Positions 38,973-50,508 are shown, numbered from the stretch's first letter. The stretch is 64,000 bases of DNA from an uncultured delta proteobacterium (GCA_963850305.1 CAWKKR010000011.1:160001-224000); one strand, 5' to 3'. Notes: generated by a model from the sequence alone, not told the origin. Made by a program: numbers and translations.

Positions 38973-39049
38973 ACATCGTCCAGCTCTCACCGCACAGGCG
39001 GCCCGGGCCCGACGGCCCCGTCGGAACGGCTGCCATTGCGCCCGGTGAA

Positions 39050-40522
39050 TTACTTGCGGCTGCCGAAGCCGCTGAACGGGTCCACTGGCGCCGGGGGCGC
39101 CGCGGGGGACGCTTCGGCCTTCGCCTTTGCCGGTTCGTGCGGATGCGCGTGAGTCACGACTCTTTCGGCGGAGTTGACCGCGCGCTTTTCCGCAGGCGGC
39201 ACGGCCGCCGGAGCCGCTGGCGGGGGCGGCTCCGCGACAGTCGGCAGAGTGGGAGCAACCGTGATCACCGCCGGCGCGGGTGCCGGTTTGGCTTCGACTT
39301 TCGCGGGCGGCTGCGGCGGTGGAGCGGGCGGCTCCGCCGCAAGGTGGGGAGTCGACATGCCGCTCGTAGCGGTGGCCGGCGGCGGACCCCCGTTCCTGAA
39401 TACGAGAAAGCCGACCACGATGGCGACTGCGCCGACCGCGACGCCCCCACCGATCAGACGGCCACGCCCGGCGGCTCCACTCGGCGGTGTGGCGGTGGCG
39501 GCACCCGAGTCGGTCCACGCAGCGGCCGTGAGCGCGTACGGCGCCTTCGAATCGCGCCGGGGCGGGGGCGCCTCGTTCGTGATGGATCCCCTGGACGAAA
39601 CTTTGAGCACGCGCCCCGCCCGCTCCACGTTCGCTCGGGTACGCGCCGGACCGAAGGGGGCCAGCGCGGAAGCGAACTCCGCGACGTTGGCAAAGCGTGC
39701 CGCAGGATCTTTCGCGAGCGCGCGGTTCACGGCGCTCTCGAGAGCTTCCGGGATCTCGCCGCGCACGCTCCGGATCGGAACAGGCTCATCCAGCAGCACC
39801 TTCGCCGAGAGCTCCGGGATCGATTCGGCGTAAAATGGCGGCTCGCCCGTCAGAAGTTCGTAGAGAATCACCCCGAGCGCCCACACATCCGTACGGGGAT
39901 CGACGTGCTTCGCCGACTTCATCTGTTCCGGCGACATGTAAAGCGGCGAGCCCATCATCGACGAAGTGCGGGTCAACGACGGATCGATCCCGGTCGTGCT
40001 CGTCACGAGCGCCTTCGAGATCCCGAAGTCGAGCACCTTGATGCGAACCGAGCCGTCGGGCTGCCGGGCGAGGAACAGATTCGCAGGCTTCAGGTCGCGG
40101 TGAACGATGCCGACCGAGTGAGCTTCGGCGATCGCGTCGCACGCTTCCAGGACGTACGCGACGGCTTCTTCGGCGGGCAGGGCCTTCCGCTCGTCCAGGA
40201 GCGCCGCGAGATCGCCGCCCTCCAGGTACTCCATCACCATGTAGGGAGCGCCGCTCTCCATCGTGCCGACGTCGATGACGCGCGCGACGTGCTCGCTCTG
40301 GATCTTGACGGCGGCGCGTGCCTCCCGAAGGAAGCGCTGCGCCGCCTCGTGCTGCTGCGAGTATTCGGGCAGGAGGAACTTGATCGCGACCCTGCGTTCG
40401 AGCTGCAGATCGACCGCGGCCACGACGACGCCCATGCCGCCTTCCCCGAGGACGCGGTCGACTCGGTACTTGCCGGCCAGGACGGCACCGGCAAGAACAG
40501 GGGCGCTCATCTGCGGCATCAT
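39050..40522 (-). CDS. Membrane Ser/Thr protein kinase
   Basis: GEGGMG, VAIK, HRDLKPAN, DFG, GSPLYMSPE; TM and Pro-rich tail. Confidence 0.95.
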   Translation of the reverse strand: MMPQMSAPVLAGAVLAGKYRVDRVLGEGGMGVVVAAVDLQLERRVAIKFLLPEYSQQHEAAQRFLREARAAVKIQSEHVARVIDVGTMESGAPYMVMEYLEGGDLAALLDERKALPAEEAVAYVLEACDAIAEAHSVGIVHRDLKPANLFLARQPDGSVRIKVLDFGISKALVTSTTGIDPSLTRTSSMMGSPLYMSPEQMKSAKHVDPRTDVWALGVILYELLTGEPPFYAESIPELSAKVLLDEPVPIRSVRGEIPEALESAVNRALAKDPAARFANVAEFASALAPFGPARTRANVERAGRVLKVSSRGSITNEAPPPRRDSKAPYALTAAAWTDSGAATATPPSGAAGRGRLIGGGVAVGAVAIVVGFLVFRNGGPPPATATSGMSTPHLAAEPPAPPPQPPAKVEAKPAPAPAVITVAPTLPTVAEPPPPAAPAAVPPAEKRAVNSAERVVTHAHPHEPAKAKAEASPAAPPAPVDPFSGFGSRK

Positions 40523-40689
40523 AGCGTGAGTGGGCCGCCGAATCCCAGTGGACGGCTTTTTCTGACTACGGTCGGGAAGGCCGATCGGTTTACGGTTTTC
40601 GCAAAAATAGCGCCCTGTAGTCCCTCGTCCCACATTGGCTGGTGGACCGTCTCCCTCGCGCTCCGTGAGGATGCTAAAACCCGCTGCCC

Positions 40690-43173
40690 ATGCGGATTTC
40701 GTACGGTTGGCTCCGCGAACTGCTCCCGAGCTTGGCCGCTTCGCCGTCCGAAGTCGCCGAGCGGCTGACCGCGGGCGGTCTCGAGGTGGAGAGCATCGTC
40801 GAGTACGGCGCGAGCAGCGATGACGTCATCGTCGCGAAAGTACTGAACGTCGAACCACATCCGGCGCGTGAACGTCTCCGGCTCGTCACGGTGGACGCAG
40901 GCGGCGCCGAGCAGCGAGTCGTGTGCGGCGCGCCGAACGTCCCTGCCCCCGGTGGCCTCGTCGTGCTCGCGAAGGTCGGCACCCATCTGCCCGCAGTGGA
41001 TTTCACGCTGACCCCGAAGACCATTGGCGGCGTCGACAGCGCGGGCATGCTCTGTAGCGAATCGGAGCTGGGTCTCTCCGAAGCCTCCGAAGGGATTTTG
41101 GTCCTCGAAGCGGGCGCGGCCGGCGCGGGGACGGCGCTGTCCAGCGCGGTGCGGAGCGCCAGAGACACGATCTTCGAGATCGGCGTCACGCCGAACCGCC
41201 CGGACGCGCTCGGCCACGTCGGCGTCGCGCGCGAGCTCGCGGCGCTGCTCGGACTCCCGTTCGAGCCGCCTCGCGCCGGCACGGCGGCCCGCGTCTCGGC
41301 GCGCGCGCTCGACTCCGTCGTCCGCGTCACGATAGAAGAGTCAGAGCGCTGCCCCATTTACGCCGCGGGGTTCGTGGAGGGCGTCACGGTCGCGCCGTCA
41401 CCCGCGTGGATGCGCTTCCGGTTGCAAGCACTCGGCGTGCGCCCCATCTCGAATGTCGTCGACGTGACGAACTGGTTGCTCCTCGAGTTCGGGCAACCCA
41501 TGCATGCATTCGACCACGCCCTCGTTGCGAACCGGACGATCGTCGTCCGGCGCGCGCGCCCGTCCGAGCCGTTCGAGACGCTCGATGGCGTGAAGCGAAC
41601 GCTCGACGCGGACGACCTGGTGATCTGCGACGGCGAGGGCCCGACCGCGCTTGCCGGCGTTATGGGCGGAAGAAATAGCGAGATCCGGGACACGACTCGC
41701 GACGTGCTGCTCGAGTGCGCGTACTTTCAGCCGCGGGGGATCCGGAGGACGTCGCGACGTCACGCTCTGTCGACCGAGTCGAGCTACCGGTTCGAACGCG
41801 GCGTCGATTGGGACGCGATCCCGCTCGTGCTGGCGCGCGCGAAGGTTCTCCTGACGGAGCTTGCCGGCGGAGCCGCCGTCGCGAACGACCTCTGCATCCG
41901 CGGGGAGCCGCTCGCGCGCCCGACCGTCCGCCTGCGTTCACGGCGTCTCGATGCGCTCCTTGGAATGCAGGTACCTTTCGGGGAAGCGACGCGCGCGCTC
42001 GAGCGGCTCGGGCTCCGGGTGAAGTCCGTGACTGGAGAGGGCTCCGACGCATTGGCGGAAGTCGAAGGCGCGTCGCATCGCCCCGATCTCGTGCGCGAGA
42101 CGGACCTGATCGAGGAGGTCGTGCGCCTCCGCGGCTTCGATACCGTACCGACGGTGCTACCCGCCATCGCACCCGGCACGCCGCGTCCAACCTCCAGGCT
42201 CGAGCGCGCCGTGCTGCGCGAAGCGATGAACCTGGGGCTCAGCGAGGCGGTGACCTACAGCTTCGTGTCGGAGCGCGAGCTTGCCGCGGTGTTTGCACCG
42301 GCGCCGGCCGTGACACTCGAAAATCCGCTCAGCGAAGAGCGCTCCGTGCTCCGCACCAGCCTGCTCCCGGGGCTCCTCGACGTGCTCGGGCGCGCGCGGC
42401 GTCGCGGCGAACGCGCGGCGCGTCTCTTCACCGTGGGGGCGCGCTTTCTGCCGCCGAGTGCGGGCTCCGACGGCCCTGCGCGGCCTCGGATCGACGCTGA
42501 TCTCGGCGCATTACCGGAAGAACGCCCCTCGTTCGCCGCCGTACTCGCGGGACCGCGCCCGGCGCATCTCCACAAACCCGACGACATGGACGTCCTCGAC
42601 GCGAAGGGGCTCGCCGTCGAGCTCGTGGAGCGACTCACCGGGAGGACTCCCGACGTCTGCGCGGCGCGCCCCGAGGAGCGGCCCGCACATCTGCATCCGC
42701 GCGGGGCCGCGTGGCTGTCGCTGGACGGGACGCGACTCGGTAGCCTCGGTCCCTTGCATCCCGACGTGGTCGACGCGCTCGGCGTGGGCGGCCCGGCACA
42801 GATCGTCGAGCTCGATCTGCGCGCCATCGAGCTTCTCGGCACGGTGCCGCCGCGATACAGGCCGATCCCGCGGTTGCCCGCGACGTCGCGCGACGTCGCC
42901 CTGGTCGCGGACGAGTCGGTGCCCGCCGCGGACATCGAGCGCGAGATCCGGCAAGCTGCAGGACCGCTCTGCGAATCAGTGGAGCTCTTCGATCTGTTCA
43001 CCGGCGGCTCCATCCCGACCGGATTCCGCTCGCTCGCGTATCGCATCGTGTATCGGGATCCGCGCGCGACGAGCGAACCGGATGCGGCGCGAACCCTCAC
43101 CGACGATGAGGTCGACAAGGAACACGAACGTGTTCGCGTAGCCATGAAGAGGCTCGGGGAGCTCCGGAGCTGA
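40690..43173 (+). CDS. pheT: Phenylalanine-tRNA ligase beta subunit
   Basis: MRISYGWL, VCGAPN, SAGMLCSESELG, TPNRPD, RFERGVD, NPLS, C-terminal FDX-ACB domain. Confidence 0.97.
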   Translation: MRISYGWLRELLPSLAASPSEVAERLTAGGLEVESIVEYGASSDDVIVAKVLNVEPHPARERLRLVTVDAGGAEQRVVCGAPNVPAPGGLVVLAKVGTHLPAVDFTLTPKTIGGVDSAGMLCSESELGLSEASEGILVLEAGAAGAGTALSSAVRSARDTIFEIGVTPNRPDALGHVGVARELAALLGLPFEPPRAGTAARVSARALDSVVRVTIEESERCPIYAAGFVEGVTVAPSPAWMRFRLQALGVRPISNVVDVTNWLLLEFGQPMHAFDHALVANRTIVVRRARPSEPFETLDGVKRTLDADDLVICDGEGPTALAGVMGGRNSEIRDTTRDVLLECAYFQPRGIRRTSRRHALSTESSYRFERGVDWDAIPLVLARAKVLLTELAGGAAVANDLCIRGEPLARPTVRLRSRRLDALLGMQVPFGEATRALERLGLRVKSVTGEGSDALAEVEGASHRPDLVRETDLIEEVVRLRGFDTVPTVLPAIAPGTPRPTSRLERAVLREAMNLGLSEAVTYSFVSERELAAVFAPAPAVTLENPLSEERSVLRTSLLPGLLDVLGRARRRGERAARLFTVGARFLPPSAGSDGPARPRIDADLGALPEERPSFAAVLAGPRPAHLHKPDDMDVLDAKGLAVELVERLTGRTPDVCAARPEERPAHLHPRGAAWLSLDGTRLGSLGPLHPDVVDALGVGGPAQIVELDLRAIELLGTVPPRYRPIPRLPATSRDVALVADESVPAADIEREIRQAAGPLCESVELFDLFTGGSIPTGFRSLAYRIVYRDPRATSEPDAARTLTDDEVDKEHERVRVAMKRLGELRS

Positions 43174-43199
43174 ACGCCCGCGCCACCACACGACGTCTC

Positions 43200-44093
43200 A
43201 TGTTCCTCGCGTGCGCGTGCGTGACGCACGCGGGCTTCGCCTTGGCCGCACCGCCTTCCGGCGGCCCCACGACGGTCGCGCCGCAGACTGCCCCCCCACC
43301 CTCCCGATCATCGCAACCAGCACCGCCGACAGCCACGCCCCCCGCCAGCTCATCGGAACCGGCGCCGGCCCCCGGCCCATCGAAACCCGCGGCGCCCGAC
43401 TCGAAGGGAGCGAGTTTGCCGGATCCGAGGAGCTGGCACCAGAGTCCCGAGCCGGTGCTCGTTCCGTATGAACCACTGGGCAGAGAGCGGCGGACGGAGC
43501 TCGGGATGGACGTCGGGGTCGAACATCGGCCTTCGACGGGGAACGGAGTGCACTACGGCACGGGGTGGACGATCGGCGGACACCTGCGCGTCGATATTTT
43601 CCGATGGCTCGGCGTGCGCTTCATCGCGCGAGTCGAGGAGGCCAACGACGTCTCGTTCGACGACGGCTCGCTCGGCTTGCCTCGCGGCACGGATCTCGAC
43701 CAACCTTCGCTGCAGCGCGTGCTGCTGGGGCTCTCGATCGAACCGACCTGGAATGTCACGCGGAAGCTCGATCTGTGGGCAGGAGTGGGCGCCAACTGGG
43801 GCCGCACCATCGCCGACAGGGCTGCGGCGAGCGGCGCGCAGAGCCTCTTGCTGCCACCGCGCGCGGCCGTGTTCGTCGAAGTGCCGTTCTCGCTCGGCGC
43901 GCGCTACGAACTCCTGGACGACTGGCTCGTCGTGAACGCGTGCGGCACGCTCGGATTGTTGGCGGACCAGTCGGGCTCGATGATTTCCCCTTACCCAACC
44001 CCGGGCGCGTCAGGGCAACTCGTGACCGTCGGCGCGTTCCCGGAGCTCGGAACGTCGTGGACCTTCCTTGTGGGGGTCGGCGCGCTGCTCTAG
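43200..44093 (+). CDS. Putative outer-membrane beta-barrel protein with Pro-rich N-terminus
   Basis: Signal peptide ALA; Pro-rich linker; amphipathic beta strands. Confidence 0.65.
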   Translation: MFLACACVTHAGFALAAPPSGGPTTVAPQTAPPPSRSSQPAPPTATPPASSSEPAPAPGPSKPAAPDSKGASLPDPRSWHQSPEPVLVPYEPLGRERRTELGMDVGVEHRPSTGNGVHYGTGWTIGGHLRVDIFRWLGVRFIARVEEANDVSFDDGSLGLPRGTDLDQPSLQRVLLGLSIEPTWNVTRKLDLWAGVGANWGRTIADRAAASGAQSLLLPPRAAVFVEVPFSLGARYELLDDWLVVNACGTLGLLADQSGSMISPYPTPGASGQLVTVGAFPELGTSWTFLVGVGALL

Positions 44094-44104
44094 CAATAAC
44101 TCCA

Positions 44105-46153
44105 ATGACGACGATGCCGGCATCCAATCCTCTGCTCTCACTCGAATTCGACATTCCCTTCGACCGGATCGAAGCCGCGCACGTCGAGCCCGCGATGGCC
44201 GGGCTCGTGGCGGACGCGACGAAGAAGCTCGAGGCGATCGAAGAGCTGCCGCATCGACGGACGTACGAAAACACCATACACGCGCTCGAGTGCGCAACGG
44301 AACGACTAGAAGTGGCCATGACAGTGGTCGGTCATCTGGAAGCCGTATCGAGTACCCCGGAGCTCCGCGCCGCGTACAACGCGGTACGCCCCGCCGTCAG
44401 CGCGTTCTTCGCCGGCATTCCCCTTCGCGCCGGCCTGTGGTCGGCCCTGAAGGAATTCGAGAAAACGACCGAAGGATCGCTCCTCGATGGACCCCGCCGG
44501 CGGTTCTTCAGGAAGACCGTCGATGACTTCCGTCGCCACGGCGCGGAGCTCGGTCCGGCGGGCAAAGCGCGCCTCGAGGCGATCAGCCGCGAGCTCGCGG
44601 AAGTCACGGGGCGCTTCGGACAAAATGTGCTCGACGCGACGAGCGAGTGGGAGCTCCTGATCGCGGACGAGAAAGCGCTGTCGGGACTGCCCGCGTCGGC
44701 GCTCGCGGCAGCGCGCGACAGCGCGGAACGGAAGGGCAAGACCGGGTTCCGCTTCACGCTCCAGGCACCGAGCTATATAGCGCTGGTCACGTACGCGGAC
44801 GACGGAGCGCTGCGCGAGCGTGCGTACCGCGCCTACAACGCGCGCGCGACGAAGACCCCGCTCGACAACGGACCACTCCTGCAAGACATCCTCCGGCTCC
44901 GGCACGAGCAAGCTACGCTCCTCGGCTACGCGCACTTCGCGGACCTCGTCCTCGAGGATCGAATGGCGAAGACCGGCGAGAAGGCGCGGGCCTTCATCGC
45001 CGATCTGACGGCCCGGACGCGCGCGGCGTTCGTCCGGGAGTCTTCGCAGCTCGAGACGTTCCGGCGAGAGCTCGAGGGCGACGGCGCGAAACGGCTCGAA
45101 CCGTGGGACGTCGCGTATTACTCGGAGAAGCAGCGAAAGGCCCTTTACGACATCGATGAAGAGGAGCTCCGTCCGTATTTCCCCATCGACCGCGTCATGA
45201 GCGGGCTCTTCGAGACGGCGCACCGGCTCTATGGCGTGAACATCACGACGAACCGCGGGCGCCCGACGTGGCACCCGGACGTCGCCTGTTACGACGTCAT
45301 GGACGAAGACGGGACGTTCCTCGCGGCGTTCTATACGGATTTGCATCCGCGCGAGGAGAAGCGCGGCGGCGCGTGGATGAACGGGCTCGTGACGGGTATT
45401 GCGGAAGGACTTCGCCGCAGCCCGCACCTCGGGCTCATCTGCGCGAACGTGACGCCGCCCGCGGCCGAAGGACCGGCGCTCCTCACGCATCAAGAGGTGA
45501 CGACCCTCTTCCACGAGTTCGGGCACTTGATGCACCACTGTCTGAGCCGCGTCGACGTACGGAGCCTCGCGGGAACGAACGTCGCGTGGGACTTCGTGGA
45601 GTTGCCGTCGCAGATAATGGAGAACTGGGCGTGGGAGCGCGTCGCCCTCGATACGTTCGCGCGGCACCATGAGACCGGGAGCCAGATCCCGGCGGGGCTC
45701 TTCGACAAGATGCTCCGCGCGCGCAAATACCGCGAAGCGACGGCGATGATGCGCCAGCTCGGTTTCGCCGCCGTCGATCTTGCGCTCCATATCGACTACC
45801 AGCCCGAGAAAGATGGCGACGTCGTCTCGTATTCACGTCGCATCATGCAAGACTATGCGCCCGCCGCGTTCGCGGACGATTACGCCATGATCGCGTCGTT
45901 CACGCACCTGTTCTCGAGCGCCGTCGGCTACGCCGCGGGGTACTACTCGTACAAGTGGGCGGAGGTCCTGGAGGCGGACGCCTTCACACGGTTCCGCGAC
46001 GCGGGGGTCTTCAGCCGCAAGGTGGGCGACGAGTTCAGACACCGGATCCTCGAGCGCGGCGACAGCGACGCGCCGGAGGCCCTCTACCGCGCCTTCATGG
46101 GCCGCGAACCGTCGCTGGACGCGCTGCTGGAGCGGACCGGACTCGCCCGGTGA
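44105..46153 (+). CDS. prlC: Oligopeptidase A (M3 family)
   Basis: NPLL, KRGGAWM, TLFHEFGH, DFVELPSQ, GYYSYKWAEVL. Confidence 0.93.
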   Translation: MTTMPASNPLLSLEFDIPFDRIEAAHVEPAMAGLVADATKKLEAIEELPHRRTYENTIHALECATERLEVAMTVVGHLEAVSSTPELRAAYNAVRPAVSAFFAGIPLRAGLWSALKEFEKTTEGSLLDGPRRRFFRKTVDDFRRHGAELGPAGKARLEAISRELAEVTGRFGQNVLDATSEWELLIADEKALSGLPASALAAARDSAERKGKTGFRFTLQAPSYIALVTYADDGALRERAYRAYNARATKTPLDNGPLLQDILRLRHEQATLLGYAHFADLVLEDRMAKTGEKARAFIADLTARTRAAFVRESSQLETFRRELEGDGAKRLEPWDVAYYSEKQRKALYDIDEEELRPYFPIDRVMSGLFETAHRLYGVNITTNRGRPTWHPDVACYDVMDEDGTFLAAFYTDLHPREEKRGGAWMNGLVTGIAEGLRRSPHLGLICANVTPPAAEGPALLTHQEVTTLFHEFGHLMHHCLSRVDVRSLAGTNVAWDFVELPSQIMENWAWERVALDTFARHHETGSQIPAGLFDKMLRARKYREATAMMRQLGFAAVDLALHIDYQPEKDGDVVSYSRRIMQDYAPAAFADDYAMIASFTHLFSSAVGYAAGYYSYKWAEVLEADAFTRFRDAGVFSRKVGDEFRHRILERGDSDAPEALYRAFMGREPSLDALLERTGLAR

Positions 46154-46163
46154 AAGCGTCGCA

Positions 46164-46303
46164 GTAGTTCCGCATCGACGAGCAGCGTCGTTCCCGACGG
46201 ATGAAACGAGCGCGGAACTACGCGAGCGGAGCGAGCCCGCCGAAGGCGGCGGGGGAGCGGTCGCGAAGCGAGCCGCGGGGGGCAAGGCCTGCAAGGCCCC
46301 CCT
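46164..46303. terminator. Multi-hairpin intergenic element between convergent genes (terminator or REP-like)
   Basis: GTAGTTCCGC(46164-73)...GCGGAACTAC(46212-21) perfect inverted repeat; CCGCC-GAA-GGCGG; GGCCT-GCA-AGGCC flanked by G and C runs. Confidence 0.5.
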
Positions 46304-46306
46304 TTC

Positions 46307-46870
46307 CTAATACCCCGGCTCGTTGCCGTCCTTCCATTTGATGCTGCACCCGATCGAGGGGTGCTGATCGATCGACGGTGCAGCGCCGCGTAGCACAGCG
46401 TCGAGCGCGGCGCGGAGCTCACGACCGGTGACGGGCTCGCCGTTCTTCGGCGTGCTGGCGTCGAAACGGCCGCGGTACGCGAGCTTGCCGTCACGGGCAA
46501 AGACGTAGAACTCCGGAGTGCACGCGGCGTGGAGCGCCTTCGCGACGGCCTGGGTCTCGTCGTAGAGGTAGGGGAACGCGTAGCCGGCCTTTCGCGCCTC
46601 GGCGGCCATGGCCGTGGGGCCGTCCTGAGGATACGCGGCCACGTCGTTCGAGCTGATCGCGACGATGCGAACAGCAGGATATTCACGAGCGAACGCTACG
46701 AAGGCACTCTGGATGTGCTTCACGTAGGGACAGTGATTGCAGAACAGCGCGATGACCAACACGGCATCCGCGAGACTTTCGGAATCGACGAGCTTGCCGG
46801 TAGTTGCGTCCGGGAGGGCGAACGCCGGCAGAGGCGTCCCGAGGTCGAGCATCGTGGAAGAAGCGGCCAT
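46307..46870 (-). CDS. Thioredoxin-like / AhpC-TSA family protein
   Basis: FCNHCPYV, ISSND, YPQD, YLYDETQ, ACTPEFY, GCSIKWK. Confidence 0.9.
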   Translation of the reverse strand: MAASSTMLDLGTPLPAFALPDATTGKLVDSESLADAVLVIALFCNHCPYVKHIQSAFVAFAREYPAVRIVAISSNDVAAYPQDGPTAMAAEARKAGYAFPYLYDETQAVAKALHAACTPEFYVFARDGKLAYRGRFDASTPKNGEPVTGRELRAALDAVLRGAAPSIDQHPSIGCSIKWKDGNEPGY

Positions 46871-47069
46871 GTCGGGATCTGTGTGCCACGGCCGTTTCGG
46901 GGGGTCGACCCCGCGGCGACGGAGCGAGCCCCAATCTGTGCCAACGCCCTCCTGAAACGATGGAGTAGCGACAGGAGTGTCGCGATCGCTACCCCGCTGG
47001 GCGGCGCCTGTTTCGGCGGGGTTGCTGAACCCCGCACCTTGGAACACTTCGTGCACAGACTCGCGGACC

Positions 47070-48867
47070 ATGCGGGACCCGGGACTTAAATGGCACATGG
47101 GGGGGTCGGGACTGATCGCGGTTTTGATCGCCGCGGCATGTTCGGCGGGGCTGGGCTCGTCGAAGTCGGACGCCCTCGGCAATGACACGCCGACCACGGG
47201 CGGGGGCTCGGGGGCCTTTGCGAACGAGGGCGCCGGCGGATCGTCCGCCGGCGGCGGACTTTTCCTCACGGCAGACGCAGGACTGCCCCCGGAACATGAA
47301 GCCAGCGTCAGCTTCCAGCTTCCCGCAGCGGGCCAGCACTACGTTTACGTCGCGAACCCGAGCGACAATACCGTCTCGGTCATCGACGCGAAGAGCCTCG
47401 CGATCCAGACGGTGAAGGCCGGCTCGCAGCCGACGTACCTGCAATCGCTCGGTGGCATGGACGCGGCGATCGTCCTGAACGTGGGTTCGTCGGACGCGAC
47501 GATCGTTCGCACCGCGAACGGCGCTTCGACGACCTCCACCGTTCCCGTCCAGGCGGGCTCGAACGCGATCGCGGTCGCCCCCGACGGCGCGCACGCCATC
47601 GTCTATTACGACCCGACGGTCGCGACCGCGAACGGTGCCTCCGGAAGCGTCCAGGACGTGAGCGTCGTCTCGCTCGCTCCCGGAAACGACCAGGCCGTGG
47701 ACATGACCGTGGGCTTCCAGCCGTCGGCAGTGTTTTTCTCGAGCGACGGTCTGAACGGTTACGTCGTGACGCAGGACGGCGTCTCGATCCTGAATTTCGC
47801 GAGCGTGACGAAGAACGGCTCGGGCATCGCGAACACGGTGTCGCTCGGAGACTCGGCGAGCGCCACCCTCGACGTGTCCATCACCAACGACGGCCAGTAC
47901 GCCGTCGCCCGCGACGACACGACGAGCGAGCTCCGGCTCGTGACGCTCGCGACGGGCCAGATTCAGCGCCTGGATCTGGCCACCGTCGTGGGCAACGCCA
48001 AGGGGCCGCCCGCAGACGCCGGCGCGGCGTCCGATGGGGGCTCGTCTCCTGACGCGGGAGGAACTTCCGACGCGGGCCCGGTCGCACCGGTGACCCCACC
48101 TCCGCCCACGGGCCCAATCACGGTGACCGACGTCGATCTGGCTCCGCCGAGCCCGTACGCGATGAGCGCGTACGCGATAGCCGCCGTCCGGGAGCTCTCG
48201 GCGGCCGTGCGCATCCCGATCCCCGACGGGTTTTCGAATCCCTCGCTGGTGACGGTCACGCGCGTGCCGGGCGAGGTGATCGGCTCCGTCACCCTTTCGC
48301 CCGGGGGCCAGTACGCGCTCCTCTACACCACCGCGAGCGACACCATCGATCGTCTGACGATCCTCGACCTCGGACCGGGCGGACAACCGCGAAGCTATCA
48401 GCTCCGGAAGGCGATCGATGCCGTCGCCATCTCGCCGGACGACGCGACTGCATTCATCGTCCACAAGAAGCTCGCCGGCGATCCGAACGAACCCGGCATC
48501 GACCCGGTCATCGCGCTCGAACGCCAGTACGGCTACAGCGTGGTGCAGCTCTCGACGGGGTTCGCGAAGCTGGAGGTCACTGCCACCGCGCTCGGACCTT
48601 CCACGATTGTTCCGGACAGCAGCGAGCTCTTCATCCTCTTCAATGCGCCCGGGATTAGCGAGGTGCAGGAGTTCGGGCTCGGCAGCTTCGTCATGAATCC
48701 GATTCGAGCTCGGAAGTCCACCGACCTCGGTCGGAGCCGTGCCGTCGTCGAACCGGGTCTTCGTCGGACAGGACCACCCCGATGGCCGTATCTCGTTCAT
48801 CGACTGGACGACGGCGACCGTGCAGTCCGTGACGGGCTTCGAGCTCAACAGCCGGATCGTGGAGTGA
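47070..48867 (+). CDS. YncE-like beta-propeller lipoprotein (apparent +1 frameshift near 48704)
   Basis: Lipobox AAAC; YVYVANP.DNTVSVID blades; after the shift ELGSPPTSVG...GRISFID...VTGFELNSRIVE* (TGA 48865-67). Confidence 0.75.
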
Positions 48868-48872
48868 CGCCG

Positions 48873-50508
48873 ATGAAAAAGACGCTCTCCCCACTGCTCG
48901 GTGCATCCGGGAGCCTTTTTCCGGCCGGAGTTCTGGCGGCGTCGCTCCTCGTGTCCGCTTGCGGGAGCCGCGGAAAGGAAGTGACCGTCTCGGTAAACCC
49001 GCTCCCACCGGCGGCGATCGACGACCATGTCGTCTTTCCGGACACGGCGCGAGCGGAAGCGTTCGTCCTCGACGTGTCGGGGACGTCGCCGCCGGCGGCA
49101 CCGGCGATCGTACCGCTCGTGCCCAACCCGACGCACGTCGAGCAACGGCACTCGTACACGAACGAGCTCCTCGTGCTGTCGGCGGGGCAACCCGACGACG
49201 GCACCGCGCCGTACGCGCAGGCTGGCCTGGTCGCGATCGACTCCGACGGCAAGACACGCTCGTACCGGTACGATCCCTCGTTCGACACGATGGCCGTCTC
49301 CGACGATGGTCACTACGCGGTGCTCTACTTCAACCCGAACGCGACCCAGCAATCGGGCAACGTGTTCTCCGACGCCAACAACATCGCGATCGTCGATCTG
49401 ACGACGTCGAACGCGCCCACGCTGAAGACGCTACGAAGCTTCGGCAGCTCGCCGCGGAGCGTGGCCTTCACCAAGATGACGATCGACGGCGAGCTGCGCG
49501 AGCTCGCCGTCATCCTGTGCGACTCGTACATCTCCCTCATCGATCTGAACCACCTCGATCGGCCCGAGTACACGATCGGGCTGGCGCGACCGGGTGTCGA
49601 TCAGATCACCCTGTCGAAGGTCATCTTCTCGACCGCTTCGAAGAAGATTTACCTCCTCGCGAACGGCTCGAACGATGTCTACGTCGTCACCATGGCGGAC
49701 GGTGGAACCGGAACGACCGGCGACGGCGGCGTGACGGGCGACGGTGGCGCGACGCTCAACGACTTCACGCCGTCGCTGAACCAGCTCGCGGCCGGCGTCG
49801 GCCCGACCGACCTGGCCCTTTACACGACGACGACCGGCGTGGAGCAGCTCCTCGTCGTGGCTCCCGGCTCCCAGCAAGCCGTGATCATCGAACCCAACGG
49901 CAGCAACGTCACGAATGTCCCTCTTCCTGGGCCCGCGCAAGACATCTTGATGTTCAATCAACCGAGCCCGGGCGATCCGAACGTCGAACCCCGCGCGCTG
50001 CTCTATACGCCAGGGGTTTCGTCCGTCGCATTCCTGGATTTGAAGGGCGTGGAGCAGAGCGGCTCGCAGAACGTCGAGCTGGTACCGGTCCCGGAGCCGT
50101 ACACGAGCGCGGTCGAACTCGACCCCAACACGGTGATGTTGATCCAGCAGACCTCGGGGCTGAGCTTGCTCGAATCTCACCGATCGCACCGTAGCGCCGA
50201 TTCAAGGGCCGAACCTCGCGGGGGCCATCTCCGACACCGCGAACCAGAAGCTCTGGGTCTTCACGAACGACACGGTGGGCTTCCTCGATCTGAAGAACGG
50301 CGTGCACCCGAACCAGGTGCGTGTCGACGGAACCGTTCAGGCGCTCGTCCCGATTCCATCCGCTTCGACGCCGAAGGTCGTCGTCACTTACCCGAGCTCC
50401 ATGGGCTGGGCGACCGCACTCGACGCGACCGATCCTACCAATCTGAAGAAGGCTTATTCGATGCGCGGCTTCCTGTTGAGCAACGCCCTGAACGGAGGCG
50501 CCAAGTGA
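48873..50508 (+). CDS. Second beta-propeller-like lipoprotein (apparent +1 frameshift near 50172)
   Basis: Own start MKKTLS and lipobox VSAC; after the shift the frame continues into the 50275..50508 ORF ending NGGAK*. Confidence 0.72.

Noticed and set aside
43565..44104. N-terminal extension of oligopeptidase A
   Set aside because: It overlaps the upstream beta-barrel gene; M3 similarity begins at SNPLL after ATG 44105.
46170..46215. Hammerhead ribozyme (CGACGA...stem...GAAAC)
   Set aside because: The core reads UCGACGA rather than CUGANGA, the stem II closing pair is missing, and no convincing stems I/III are present.
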